Part shown: piece by piece, positions 43,011 to 52,913 of the stretch | How positions within the stretch are numbered: position 1 is the stretch's first letter | How the letters are laid out: the number at the start of each line of letters is the position of its first letter | From: an uncultured Oligella sp. | Lineage (GTDB): Bacteria > Pseudomonadota > Gammaproteobacteria > Burkholderiales > Burkholderiaceae_B | Direction: 5' to 3' | DNA length: 64,000 nucleotides | NCBI GenBank assembly: GCA_947632105.1 | Contig: CANROD010000006.1 | Coordinates: 6,296 to 70,295, forward strand | The notes under the pieces: generated by a model | Databases searched by the model: none | What the model was told of the DNA's origin: nothing | The model's input: the letters and a program-made list of their open reading frames with translations, nothing else | Position numbers and translations under genes: made by a program

Positions 43011-43052
43011 AAAAAAAGCGTAGGGTGCGTTTCATTAAAGCACTCTACGCTT
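43011..43052 (-). terminator. Intrinsic terminator after lpdA
   Basis: AAGCGTAGGGTGC...GCACTCTACGCTT stem plus A-run. Confidence 0.85.
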
Positions 43053-43071
43053 AGCCTAAACAAAGACTATT

Positions 43072-44832
43072 TTAACGCTTTACTGGTGGTAAGTCAGTAC
43101 AAACACCATATGCAGCTTCAGCTGCCATACCAACAGACTCACCCAAGGTCGGATGAGGATGAATTGTAGCACCGATATCATCAATATCTGCACCCATTTC
43201 AACCGCCAAGCAAACTTCAGAGATTAAATCACCGGCGTGGTCGCCAACAATCGCACCACCCAAAATACGCTTAGTTTCTACATCAAATAAAAGCTTTGTA
43301 AAGCCATCCTCAGTACCATTAGCGATTGCTCTACCTGAAGCATTCCAAGGGAAAACGCCCTTCTGGACCTTGATACCCTCCGCCTTAGCCTGCTCTTCAG
43401 TTAAGCCTACCCAAGCAATTTCGGGATGAGTATATGCCACTGATGGAATCACACGTGCATCAAAAACGCTCTTCTGCCCAGCAATAACCTGCGCAGCCAC
43501 ATGCGCCTCATGAACGGCTTTGTGAGCTAGCATTGGTTGGCCAACAATATCACCAATCGCAAAGATATGTGATACGTTAGTACGCATCTGAGCATCAACA
43601 GGAATAAAGCCTCGCTCATCTACATGCACACCTGCCTTATCAGCACTCAGCTTCGTGCCATTAGGACGACGTCCAACTGCTTGTAAAACTAAGTCATAAC
43701 GCTGTGGTTCAGACGGAGCCTTATCACCTTCAAAGCTGACATAAATACCGTCTTCCTTAGCCTCCGCGCTAACTGTCTTAGTTTTAAGCATAAGGTTATC
43801 AAAACGATGCTTATTGCGTTTTTCCCACACCTTGGTTAAATCCTTGTCGGCACCTGCAAATAAGCTATCCATCATCTCAACCACATCAATGCGAGCACCG
43901 AGAGCTGAATATACAGTAGCCATTTCCAAACCGATAATGCCACCACCAATGACAAGCATTTTCTCAGGCTTTTGACGTAGTTCTAAAGCACCAGTAGAGT
44001 CAACTACGCGCTCATCCTCAGGAAGGAAAGGCAATTTCACAGACTCACTACCAGCCGCGATAATAGCATGATGAAAAGCAACCTCTTGGCTTGAACCATC
44101 ATCCTTGTCTACGACAAAATGATGGTCATCTTTAAAGCTTGCATTACCTACAATCACATCGACTTTACGCGCTTTAGCCATAAAAGCTAGACCACCGGTT
44201 AACTTGCTAATAACCTGATCTTTAGCAGCTCGTAACTTATCTAAATCAACTTCTGGTTCAGCAAAGGAAATACCCGCTGCGCCTAAAGTTTTAGCCGCCT
44301 CAAGCACTGAGACATTGTGCAGCAATGCCTTAGAAGGGATACACCCTACATTTAGACAAACACCACCAAGTGTCGAGTAGCGCTCAATCAAAGCAACCTT
44401 TAATCCTAAGTCCGCCGCTCTAAAGGCCGCAGAATAACCGCCAGGGCCGGCTCCTAGGACAACCACATCATAGGCACCCTCACCAGCTTTAGCGCTTACT
44501 CCGGCCGGAACCGCAGCGGGAGCAGCTGATTGAGCAGGCGACACTGCTGCAGGAACTGCCTCAGCTTTATGTGCTTTGCTACCGGCCGCTGAGTCACTGG
44601 CTTCAAGCGTTAGTAAAACAGTGCCTTCAGACACCTTATCACCAAGCTTAACCGCTAAAGCCGTGATCTTACCTGCATGTGAAGAAGGTATTTCCATTGA
44701 GGCTTTATCAGACTCTACAGTGATTAAACTCTGCTCAGCCTCAATCACATCACCCACTTCAACTAAGACCTCAATCACATCAACGGTATCAAAATCGCCG
44801 ATATCAGGAACTACAACTTGAATTTCGCTCAT
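43072..44832 (-). CDS. lpdA: Dihydrolipoyl dehydrogenase (E3) with N-terminal lipoyl domain
   Basis: ESDKASME lipoyl motif, GAGPGGY, GGVCLNVGCIPSK, HPHPTLGE. Confidence 0.97.
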   Translation of the reverse strand: MSEIQVVVPDIGDFDTVDVIEVLVEVGDVIEAEQSLITVESDKASMEIPSSHAGKITALAVKLGDKVSEGTVLLTLEASDSAAGSKAHKAEAVPAAVSPAQSAAPAAVPAGVSAKAGEGAYDVVVLGAGPGGYSAAFRAADLGLKVALIERYSTLGGVCLNVGCIPSKALLHNVSVLEAAKTLGAAGISFAEPEVDLDKLRAAKDQVISKLTGGLAFMAKARKVDVIVGNASFKDDHHFVVDKDDGSSQEVAFHHAIIAAGSESVKLPFLPEDERVVDSTGALELRQKPEKMLVIGGGIIGLEMATVYSALGARIDVVEMMDSLFAGADKDLTKVWEKRNKHRFDNLMLKTKTVSAEAKEDGIYVSFEGDKAPSEPQRYDLVLQAVGRRPNGTKLSADKAGVHVDERGFIPVDAQMRTNVSHIFAIGDIVGQPMLAHKAVHEAHVAAQVIAGQKSVFDARVIPSVAYTHPEIAWVGLTEEQAKAEGIKVQKGVFPWNASGRAIANGTEDGFTKLLFDVETKRILGGAIVGDHAGDLISEVCLAVEMGADIDDIGATIHPHPTLGESVGMAAEAAYGVCTDLPPVKR

Positions 44833-46505
44833 TTTATATCCCCTTATAGCGCTACACGACGGAAATCGGACATTAAGGAAGCTAAATAAGCGTTGAATCG
44901 AGCTGCTGCTGCACCATCAATCACACGGTGATCATAGGATAGAGACATTGGCAACATTAGGCGAGGCTTAAACTCCGAACCATTCCACACCGGCTCGATA
45001 CTAGATCGAGATACGCCTAAAATAGCTACTTCAGGAGCATTAATAATCGGTGTAAAGTCAGTACCACCAATACCACCTAAAGAAGAAATGGTAAAACAAC
45101 CACCTTGCATCTGGCTTGGTGATAACTTACCATCACGAGCAGCTTTTGCTAACTCACCCATCTCACTAGCAATCTCGACAATAGACTTCGTATCCGCATC
45201 ACGGATCACCGGCACGACTAAACCACTCGGCGTGTCAGCCGCAAAACCGATGTTGTAATACTTCTTAAGCACTAAGTTATCACCATCTAAAGAGGCATTA
45301 AACTCAGGGAACTTCTTAAGCGTAGCAACAACCGCTTTGATTAAGAATGCCAACATTGTGAAACGCACACCCTCACGCTCATGCTCTTTATTTAATAACT
45401 TACGGAAACTCTCTAAATCAGTAATATCCGCTTTATCGTTATTAGTCACATGAGGAATCATAACCCAATTACGGTGCAAGTTAGCGCCCGAAATCTTTTT
45501 GATACGAGATAACGGCTGAGTATCGATTTCACCAAATTTAGTGAAATCAATTTTCGGCCAATCTAACACCTGAAGACCACCACCCTCAACTACCTTGCTA
45601 GCTGCTGGTGCTGCAGTCAGCTGACTGTAGCCAATAGATAGTGCATTTTTAACATACTGACGCACATCATCAATAATAATGCGGCCCTTAGAACCTGTCC
45701 CTTTAACTGACGCTAAATCCACACCAAGCTCACGTGCAAACTTTCTCACTGATGGCGAAGCATGTGGTAAATTACGAATTTCTTGCGCAGTCAAAGCATA
45801 GGATGCTGTCGGCGATTCCTTCTCAGTAGACGATACAGGATCAGGGCTAGGCTCAGCAGCAGGAGTTGCAGCCGGTGCGGCCTGCTCAACAACAGGTGCT
45901 ACCTCAGCTTGAGAAGATGCAGCCGCTGGAGCGCCCGCAACCTCTACTTCAAGAACTAAAGAACCTTTAGCAACCTTATCGCCGATCTGTACTTTAACAG
46001 CAACTACCTTACCAGCATGACTACTAGGTATCTCCATTGATGCCTTATCAGACTCGACCGTAATTAAGCTTTGTTCCTCTTCAATGGTATCGCCTACTGA
46101 GACCATAACCTCAATAACGTCAACCTCATCAAAGTCACCGATATCCGGTACAACAACCGCTACCACACCGCCGCTAGAAGCTGGTGCCGGCTCAGTAGGT
46201 GCTGCTACTGGGGCTACTGCTTCGGCAGCAACAGCTTTTGCAGGTGCTGGAGCCGCTGACTCCGCGGATGCTCCAGCAGCCTCAACCTCTAGCAAAACTG
46301 TACCCTCTGCCACCTTATCACCGACACTAACCTTAAGTGATTTAACCACTCCAGCAGTACTCGATGGAATCTCCATCGAGGCTTTATCTGACTCAACAGT
46401 AATGAGGCTTTGATCCTCTTCAATATGGTCACCGACTGACACTAGTACTTCAATTACGTCCACCTCGTCGAAATCACCAATATCAGGTACTTTAACTTCA
46501 ATTAA
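44599..46505 (-). repeat. Three homologous lipoyl-domain coding repeats (~44599-44826, ~45940-46165, ~46281-46505)
   Basis: Each encodes VPDIGDF..VDVIEV...EQ/DQSLITVESDKASMEIPSS; DNA-level similarity is visible. Confidence 0.9.
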
Positions 46506-46514
46506 GTTACTCAT
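44844..46514 (-). CDS. aceF: Pyruvate dehydrogenase E2 (two lipoyl domains)
   Basis: Two ESDKASME motifs, HASPSVRKFARELGV binding domain, SYDHRVIDGA. Confidence 0.98.
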   Translation of the reverse strand: MSNLIEVKVPDIGDFDEVDVIEVLVSVGDHIEEDQSLITVESDKASMEIPSSTAGVVKSLKVSVGDKVAEGTVLLEVEAAGASAESAAPAPAKAVAAEAVAPVAAPTEPAPASSGGVVAVVVPDIGDFDEVDVIEVMVSVGDTIEEEQSLITVESDKASMEIPSSHAGKVVAVKVQIGDKVAKGSLVLEVEVAGAPAAASSQAEVAPVVEQAAPAATPAAEPSPDPVSSTEKESPTASYALTAQEIRNLPHASPSVRKFARELGVDLASVKGTGSKGRIIIDDVRQYVKNALSIGYSQLTAAPAASKVVEGGGLQVLDWPKIDFTKFGEIDTQPLSRIKKISGANLHRNWVMIPHVTNNDKADITDLESFRKLLNKEHEREGVRFTMLAFLIKAVVATLKKFPEFNASLDGDNLVLKKYYNIGFAADTPSGLVVPVIRDADTKSIVEIASEMGELAKAARDGKLSPSQMQGGCFTISSLGGIGGTDFTPIINAPEVAILGVSRSSIEPVWNGSEFKPRLMLPMSLSYDHRVIDGAAAARFNAYLASLMSDFRRVAL

Positions 46515-46529
46515 TTTGACGTTTCTCCC

Positions 46530-49226
46530 TTAAGCGTGATGCGGATTAGGTTTATTAGAGTCAATGCCATACTTTTCAATTGCCTCAGCCACTTTATCCG
46601 TAGATACCTTACCCTCGTCAGCTAAGCCTCTTAAAGCAGCTATGGTAATAAAGTAACGATCAACCTCAAAGTGTTTACGTAGTTGATGACGGAAGTCAGA
46701 ACGACCATAACCATCAGTACCCAGTACACGATAGGATCTATTTGCAGGGATAAACTCACGAATTTGATCCGGAATTGCTTTCATATAGTCAGTGCTGGCA
46801 ACGATTGGACCTGTCGTCTCATCTAAAAGCTGAGTCACATAAGGTACTTTTTGAGTCGCTGTCGGATTTAATAAGTTTTCACGATTCACATCAAGACCTT
46901 CGCGACGTAACTCAGTAAAACTAGTAACACTCCAGACATCAGCACTCACGCCCCAATCTTTTTCAAGAAGCTCTTGAGCAGCAATACTTTCACGTAAAAT
47001 AGTACCTGAACCAAGTAAGTTTACTTTGTGCTCACCAGCCACACCTTCGCTAAAGCGATACATACCTTTCAGGATACCCTCTTCGTCACCTTCTTTTAGG
47101 CCAGGCATTGGGTAGCTCTCATTCATAAGAGTCAGGTAGTAATAAACGTTTTCTTGATCCTGAACCATGCGCTTCAAGCCATGCTGCATAATAACAGCAA
47201 CCTCATGACCAAAAGCTGGATCATAAGAAACACAATTAGGAATAGTAGAAGCCAGCAATAAGCTATGACCGTCTTCATGCTGTAAGCCTTCACCGTTAAG
47301 TGTGGTACGACCAGCTGTACCGCCTAAGAGGAAGCCACGCGCCTGGATATCACCAGCAGCCCATAGTAAATCACCAACTCGTTGGAAACCGAACATTGAG
47401 TAATACACAAAAAACGGAATCATAATGCGATTACTGGTCGAGTAAGACGTTGCTGCAGCAATCCATGAGCAAGTAGCCCCAGCTTCGTTAATACCTTCCT
47501 GTAATAACTGACCGTTCTCTGTCTCGCGGTAATACATTACTTGGTCTTTATCAACCGGTACATACTTCTGACCTTCAGGGGCATAAATACCAATTTGACG
47601 GAATAAACCCTCCATACCAAAGGTACGGCTCTCATCAGAGAGAATAGGAACAACACGATGACCTAACTGCTTGTCACGTAACAATTGGTTTAGAAAGCGT
47701 ACAAACGATTGAGTCGTCGATAACTCACGACCTTCAGGCGTGGCATCAGTAACCGTTTTGAAGTACTCCAAACCAGGTACGGTTAAACGCTCATCAGAAT
47801 CAGTACGGCGACGTGGGTAGTAACCACCTAAGCTGTCGCGACGCTCGCGCAAATAGCGCATTTCTGCAGAATCTTCTGATGGCTTGAAGTAAGGAACTTC
47901 GGATATTTTTTCGTCAGGAATAGGAATATTTAAACGATCACGTAATTCAAGCAATGACTCATCTTCCAGTTTTTTCTGTTGATGAGACGGGTTTTTACCC
48001 TGAACTTGCTCTCCTAAACCATAGCCTTTAATTGTCTTAGCTAAAATCACTGTTGGCTGACCTACAGTCTTCATTGCCGCATCAAAGGCCGCATATACCT
48101 TGTTAGGATCATGACCCCCACGGTTTAATCGCCAAACTTGTTCATCACTCATGCGACTCACCATCTCTAATAGACGAGGGTCCTTACCAAAGAAATGCTC
48201 ACGCACAAAAGCACCATCATTTGCTTTATAAGCTTGGTATTCACCATCAATGGTTTCTTCCATGACCTTGCGTAAAATACCATCTTTATCACGTGCTAAT
48301 AAAGGATCCCAATAACTACCCCAAATTAACTTAATCACATTCCAACCTGAACCACGAAACTCACCCTCAAGCTCTTGAATGATTTTGCCGTTACCACGAA
48401 CAGGACCATCTAAACGCTGAAGGTTGCAGTTAACAACAAAAATCAAGTTGTCTAATTTTTCACGGGCAGCTAAACCAATTGCTCCTAAAGACTCCGGTTC
48501 ATCCATTTCACCATCACCGCAGAAAACCCAAACCTTACGACCTGATGTATCAGCAATACCACGAGCATGCAAATACTTTAAGAAACGTGCTTGGTAAATT
48601 GCCATCATTGGACCAAGTCCCATAGAGACTGTTGGGAACTGCCAGAACTCAGGCATTAGATGAGGGTGTGGATAAGAAGATAAACCCTTACCATCAACCT
48701 CTTGACGGAAATTATCTAACTGCTCTTCAGAGATACGGCCTTCTAAGTAAGCTCGGCCGTAGATACCTGGAGAAGAGTGACCTTGGAAATATACCAAGTC
48801 ACCGCCATGATCCTCTGACTCAGCATGCCAGAAATGGTTTTGACCGCTTTCGATCATCGTAGCCAGTGAAGCATAAGATGCCATATGACCACCTAAACCG
48901 CCACCACCTTCTGTTTCATGACGGTTGGCTTTTACAACCATTGCTACCGAGTTCCAACGGATATAAGCACGAATACGTGCTTCAATTTCTAAATTGCCAG
49001 GGTTGGCTGGTTCATGACCAGGAGGGATTGTATTCACATACGCGGTATACGGTGAATAAGGAATATTAGAGCCCGAACGACGCGCTAAATCAGTCAGTTT
49101 TTCTATTAAAAAATGCGCTCTTTCTGTGCCTTCACGGTCAAGCACCGCCTCCAAAGACTCCAACCATTCCTGTGTTTCAACTTCATCGATATCTGGAATA
49201 CTGGTTGCCGAATAATCATTGCTCAT
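46530..49226 (-). CDS. aceE: Pyruvate dehydrogenase E1 (homodimeric type)
   Basis: GLSSYPHP, GDGEMDEPES TPP motif, GEGLQHEDG, GTDGYGRSD. Confidence 0.98.
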   Translation of the reverse strand: MSNDYSATSIPDIDEVETQEWLESLEAVLDREGTERAHFLIEKLTDLARRSGSNIPYSPYTAYVNTIPPGHEPANPGNLEIEARIRAYIRWNSVAMVVKANRHETEGGGGLGGHMASYASLATMIESGQNHFWHAESEDHGGDLVYFQGHSSPGIYGRAYLEGRISEEQLDNFRQEVDGKGLSSYPHPHLMPEFWQFPTVSMGLGPMMAIYQARFLKYLHARGIADTSGRKVWVFCGDGEMDEPESLGAIGLAAREKLDNLIFVVNCNLQRLDGPVRGNGKIIQELEGEFRGSGWNVIKLIWGSYWDPLLARDKDGILRKVMEETIDGEYQAYKANDGAFVREHFFGKDPRLLEMVSRMSDEQVWRLNRGGHDPNKVYAAFDAAMKTVGQPTVILAKTIKGYGLGEQVQGKNPSHQQKKLEDESLLELRDRLNIPIPDEKISEVPYFKPSEDSAEMRYLRERRDSLGGYYPRRRTDSDERLTVPGLEYFKTVTDATPEGRELSTTQSFVRFLNQLLRDKQLGHRVVPILSDESRTFGMEGLFRQIGIYAPEGQKYVPVDKDQVMYYRETENGQLLQEGINEAGATCSWIAAATSYSTSNRIMIPFFVYYSMFGFQRVGDLLWAAGDIQARGFLLGGTAGRTTLNGEGLQHEDGHSLLLASTIPNCVSYDPAFGHEVAVIMQHGLKRMVQDQENVYYYLTLMNESYPMPGLKEGDEEGILKGMYRFSEGVAGEHKVNLLGSGTILRESIAAQELLEKDWGVSADVWSVTSFTELRREGLDVNRENLLNPTATQKVPYVTQLLDETTGPIVASTDYMKAIPDQIREFIPANRSYRVLGTDGYGRSDFRHQLRKHFEVDRYFITIAALRGLADEGKVSTDKVAEAIEKYGIDSNKPNPHHA

Positions 49227-49454
49227 TCGAGACTCCTTACCTTATTAGTGGTTTAACTATTATCATATTGTAACTTGTGTGACGCTACTGTATACCCATA
49301 GATAGGATAAACAAATTTACCGCTAAATGCGACCCCTATAATTGCTTAAATTACTAGTAAGTAATATCGCTGCAAAGTATATTTTTAGCTATCAATTGTA
49401 AATTCTAGAAAATCTACTCTTTTTGTCAAGAATTTTTCATATAGCAATATGATT

Positions 49455-49469
49455 TTTTACAATGTAAAA
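49455..49469. promoter_or_regulatory. Palindromic candidate operator in the aceE/kinase divergent region
   Basis: TTTTACA-A-TGTAAAA perfect dyad; a degenerate related site starts 21 bp away at 49434. Confidence 0.45.
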
Positions 49470-49650
49470 TAAATATCAGCAAATGTAAATAAGACAAAAC
49501 CCATATCATCACATTATTCATCTATTTATCAGAGTTATAACCTTTATCCTGTATGGATAATTAATATTGCTAAAATAGCACTTGTAATAATCAATAAACA
49601 TATAGATTGCTAGATACAATCGTGCTCTCTTAGCTTTTACGGGTTTCTTT

Positions 49651-51378
49651 ATGACCACTCATTCCAATCTGTCTTTTATTTTACCGCAAGCCCTAAAAGA
49701 TGATAATAAACGTAGATTGCATTGGATCATTCCTGTTTTTGTACTAGTTCTCTATGTCTTAGTCATTTTTTCCTTCATCGCCATTCAGAATATCCAGTAT
49801 AAACATACTATCCTTTACTCCAATACTGAGGAAGTCCGCCATCATCTACTGATTTTCTTAGTGGTCGCCATGTCATTCACTATTGTTATCAGTTTATTGA
49901 CACTATGGCACTACACCAGAATTCGTTCTGAAGCCGAAGAGCAATTGTTTTTAGAAACCTCATTTAGACGCGCTATGGAAAACTCCATGTCAACCGGCAT
50001 GCGAGTATTAGACATGCAAGGTCGCGTGGTTTATGTCAATCCTGCTTTCTGTCGTATGGTTGGTTGGACCGAAGCAGAGCTGTTGGGCACTCTATTCCCC
50101 TACCCTTATTGGGTCGAAGACAAACTTGATCAGCACCAAAAGTATTTAGATATAGTATTAAGCGGCAAAACCCCAAGTTCAGGCATGGAAATGGAAGCCA
50201 GACGTCGCGATGGCTCTATCTTTACCTCTCGTTTATATGTCTCACCATTAAGAGACTCACAAGGTAAGCAAATCGGCTGGATGACCTCGATGACTGACAT
50301 CACCGAACCAAAACGTATTAGAGAAGCACTAACAGCAGCACATGAACGCTTTATGACAGTACTTGAGAGCCTAGAAGATACTATTTCTGTCGTCGCAGAT
50401 ACACCCAATGGCCCCGAGCTACTTTTTGCAAACCGCACCTATCGTCGACTCTGGGGTTCTGAAGCCCATGGGCATGCTCTTCTTTACAATGCGGCGACCA
50501 ATCATCATGATGACCAGTATGAAGAGAGCAACGAATTTTATATTCCTCATATTGACAGTTGGTTTGAGGTCCACCATCGTACCCTTAATTGGACTGATGG
50601 CCGTAAAGTGCGACTGCAGGTTGCACGTGATATTTCTCAACGTCGCGAATATGAAAAAAAACTACGCGCACAGCAAGAAAAGGTTGAACTCAGCGGTCGT
50701 CTCAGCACCATGGGTGAAATGGCTAGTTCATTAGCACACGAATTGAATCAACCACTTACCGCAATTGTTAATTACAATACAGCAATTGCAGCTCTCATCA
50801 AAAGTGAGCATTTAGACAAGGACCGTCTACTGCAAGTACTAGACAAATCTGTATCACAGGCTGAGCGGGCGGGACGAATTATTTCACGTATCCGTGATTT
50901 TGTCCGTCGCAATGATCCAGAACAACAAGCAGTTAAAATAGATACGATTATTGACAACACAATGGATTTAGCCATTTTAGAGAGTCGCAAATACAATAAA
51001 CAGATTGAGATCAACTTGCCTGAGAACCTACCGGAGGTTGATGCAGATCCGATTCTTATAGAGCAAGTACTACTTAACTTAATTAAAAATGGCCTTGAGG
51101 CGATGGCACAAAGTGAACAAGATAAGCTTGATGTACAGATTTCTCAAGTAGGTCAAGAAATTCAATTCCAAGTCATTGACAGCGGACATGGTCTTAAAGA
51201 CCCAGAACGCTTATTTGAGCCTTTTTACAGTACAAAAAAAGAAGGTTTAGGCATCGGTTTAAATATCTGTCGTTCAATTATTGAAGCCCATCGTGGAAGA
51301 CTTTGGGCCGAAAACAATCCAAGCGGCGGCACAATATTTTCATTCAGAGTTCCCTGCTATCGCAAAGCAGAGAGCTAA
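49651..51378 (+). CDS. PAS-domain sensor histidine kinase (FixL-like)
   Basis: Two TM helices, PAS/PAC (VYVNPAFCRMVG...DITE), second PAS-like region, H-box AHELNQP, N/G boxes. Confidence 0.92.
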   Translation: MTTHSNLSFILPQALKDDNKRRLHWIIPVFVLVLYVLVIFSFIAIQNIQYKHTILYSNTEEVRHHLLIFLVVAMSFTIVISLLTLWHYTRIRSEAEEQLFLETSFRRAMENSMSTGMRVLDMQGRVVYVNPAFCRMVGWTEAELLGTLFPYPYWVEDKLDQHQKYLDIVLSGKTPSSGMEMEARRRDGSIFTSRLYVSPLRDSQGKQIGWMTSMTDITEPKRIREALTAAHERFMTVLESLEDTISVVADTPNGPELLFANRTYRRLWGSEAHGHALLYNAATNHHDDQYEESNEFYIPHIDSWFEVHHRTLNWTDGRKVRLQVARDISQRREYEKKLRAQQEKVELSGRLSTMGEMASSLAHELNQPLTAIVNYNTAIAALIKSEHLDKDRLLQVLDKSVSQAERAGRIISRIRDFVRRNDPEQQAVKIDTIIDNTMDLAILESRKYNKQIEINLPENLPEVDADPILIEQVLLNLIKNGLEAMAQSEQDKLDVQISQVGQEIQFQVIDSGHGLKDPERLFEPFYSTKKEGLGIGLNICRSIIEAHRGRLWAENNPSGGTIFSFRVPCYRKAES

Positions 51379-51407
51379 TCTTCACAATATGGAGCAACAG
51401 AGTAATT

Positions 51408-52016
51408 ATGATAGACCATAGTAATAGTGTAATTTTTGTAGTAGATGATGATGATGCAGTTAGAGATTCCTTACGTATTCTGTTGGAAACTCAAAACCAT
51501 CAAGTACAAACTTTTGCTAGCGGTGAGGAGTTCCTAGAACAATACAATCCAAATCTCGTGAGCGTATTGATTACAGATGTTCGGATGCCCGGTATGTCTG
51601 GCTTACAATTACAAGAACAGCTCATTGAGCGTAAAGCCACACTGCCAATTATTTTCATCACTGGTCATGGCGACGTCAATATGGCTGTATCAACTATGAA
51701 AAAAGGCGCTGTAGATTTTATCGAAAAACCCTTTAATCTTGACGAAATCAACCCAATTATTACTCGCTTTTTAGATCAAGCTCATAAACAAATGCAAGAA
51801 GCCATTTCTCAGCAAGAGGTTAATGGGTTACTCGCTCGCTTAACTGGTCGCGAAGAACAGGTTCTTGAACGTATTGTCGCTGGTCGTTTAAACAAACAAA
51901 TCGCTGATGATCTTAATATCAGTATTAAAACAGTAGAAGCTCACCGTGCCAATATCATGGAAAAACTAGAGGTCAGCACAGTAGCCGATCTAATGAAAAT
52001 TGTCTTAAAAAAATAA
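51408..52016 (+). CDS. FixJ/LuxR family response regulator
   Basis: VVDDD, DVRMPGMSG, ITGHGDV, LTGREEQVL...NKQIA..L.ISIKTVEAHRA. Confidence 0.93.
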   Translation: MIDHSNSVIFVVDDDDAVRDSLRILLETQNHQVQTFASGEEFLEQYNPNLVSVLITDVRMPGMSGLQLQEQLIERKATLPIIFITGHGDVNMAVSTMKKGAVDFIEKPFNLDEINPIITRFLDQAHKQMQEAISQQEVNGLLARLTGREEQVLERIVAGRLNKQIADDLNISIKTVEAHRANIMEKLEVSTVADLMKIVLKK

Positions 52017-52043
52017 TTTCAAAATAAAGGAATAAAATTTTAA

Positions 52044-52913
52044 ATGAATGCTCAAATTATTGATGGCAAAGCCTTATCTGAAAAAATCAAGAAAAATCTA
52101 GTACCAACAATTGAGGCACTTAAGGCAAAGAATATCACCCCTTCTCTAACTGTCATTTTAGTAGGTGAAGACCCTGCGTCTCAGGTCTATGTTCGTAACA
52201 AGCACAACACCTTCCATAAAATGGGTTTAGACTCAGAGGTCATTACCCTAGCAGCAGACATTTCGCAAGATGATTTACTCGCTAAAATTAATGAACTGAA
52301 TGACGATCCTAAGGTTAACGGCATTTTAGTTCAACTACCTCTTCCTAAGCACTTAGACAGTCAATTAGTCATTCAGCATATTAAAGCCGAAAAAGATGTT
52401 GATGGCTTCCACCGCTTAAATGCTGGAGCATTAATGACGGGTGAACCTCAATTAATCCCTTGCACCCCTTACGGGATTATGAAAATGCTTGAGGACCAAG
52501 CGGTACAATTAAGAGGCGCAGAAGCAGTTATCATCGGTGCAAGTAATATTGTCGGCAAGCCAATTGCTCTATTACTACAAAAAGCCGATGCCACTGTCAC
52601 TATTTGCAATTCTAAAACTAAAGACTTAGCAGCACACACTAAACGAGCTGATGTGTTGGTCGTTGCTACCGGTCGTCCCGGTATGATTAGCGGCGATATG
52701 ATCAAACCAGGCGCAGTGGTTATTGACGTCGGTATTAATCGCTTAGACAACGGTAAATTAGCGGGTGATGTAAATTATGATGAGGCTCTTCAAGTAGCCT
52801 CTGCTATCACTCCTGTGCCAGGCGGCGTAGGTCCAATGACAATTACTATGTTATTGGTTAATACCATCCAAGCCACGATGCACCAACATGGTCTGGAGGA
52901 CCTTTCTAAATAA
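52044..52913 (+). CDS. folD: Methylenetetrahydrofolate dehydrogenase/cyclohydrolase
   Basis: [36 protein letters not shown]. Confidence 0.98.
   Translation: MNAQIIDGKALSEKIKKNLVPTIEALKAKNITPSLTVILVGEDPASQVYVRNKHNTFHKMGLDSEVITLAADISQDDLLAKINELNDDPKVNGILVQLPLPKHLDSQLVIQHIKAEKDVDGFHRLNAGALMTGEPQLIPCTPYGIMKMLEDQAVQLRGAEAVIIGASNIVGKPIALLLQKADATVTICNSKTKDLAAHTKRADVLVVATGRPGMISGDMIKPGAVVIDVGINRLDNGKLAGDVNYDEALQVASAITPVPGGVGPMTITMLLVNTIQATMHQHGLEDLSK

Noticed and set aside
44599-46505. Repeated DNA as a mobile element or array
   Set aside because: Fully explained by lipoyl-domain duplication within aceF and lpdA.
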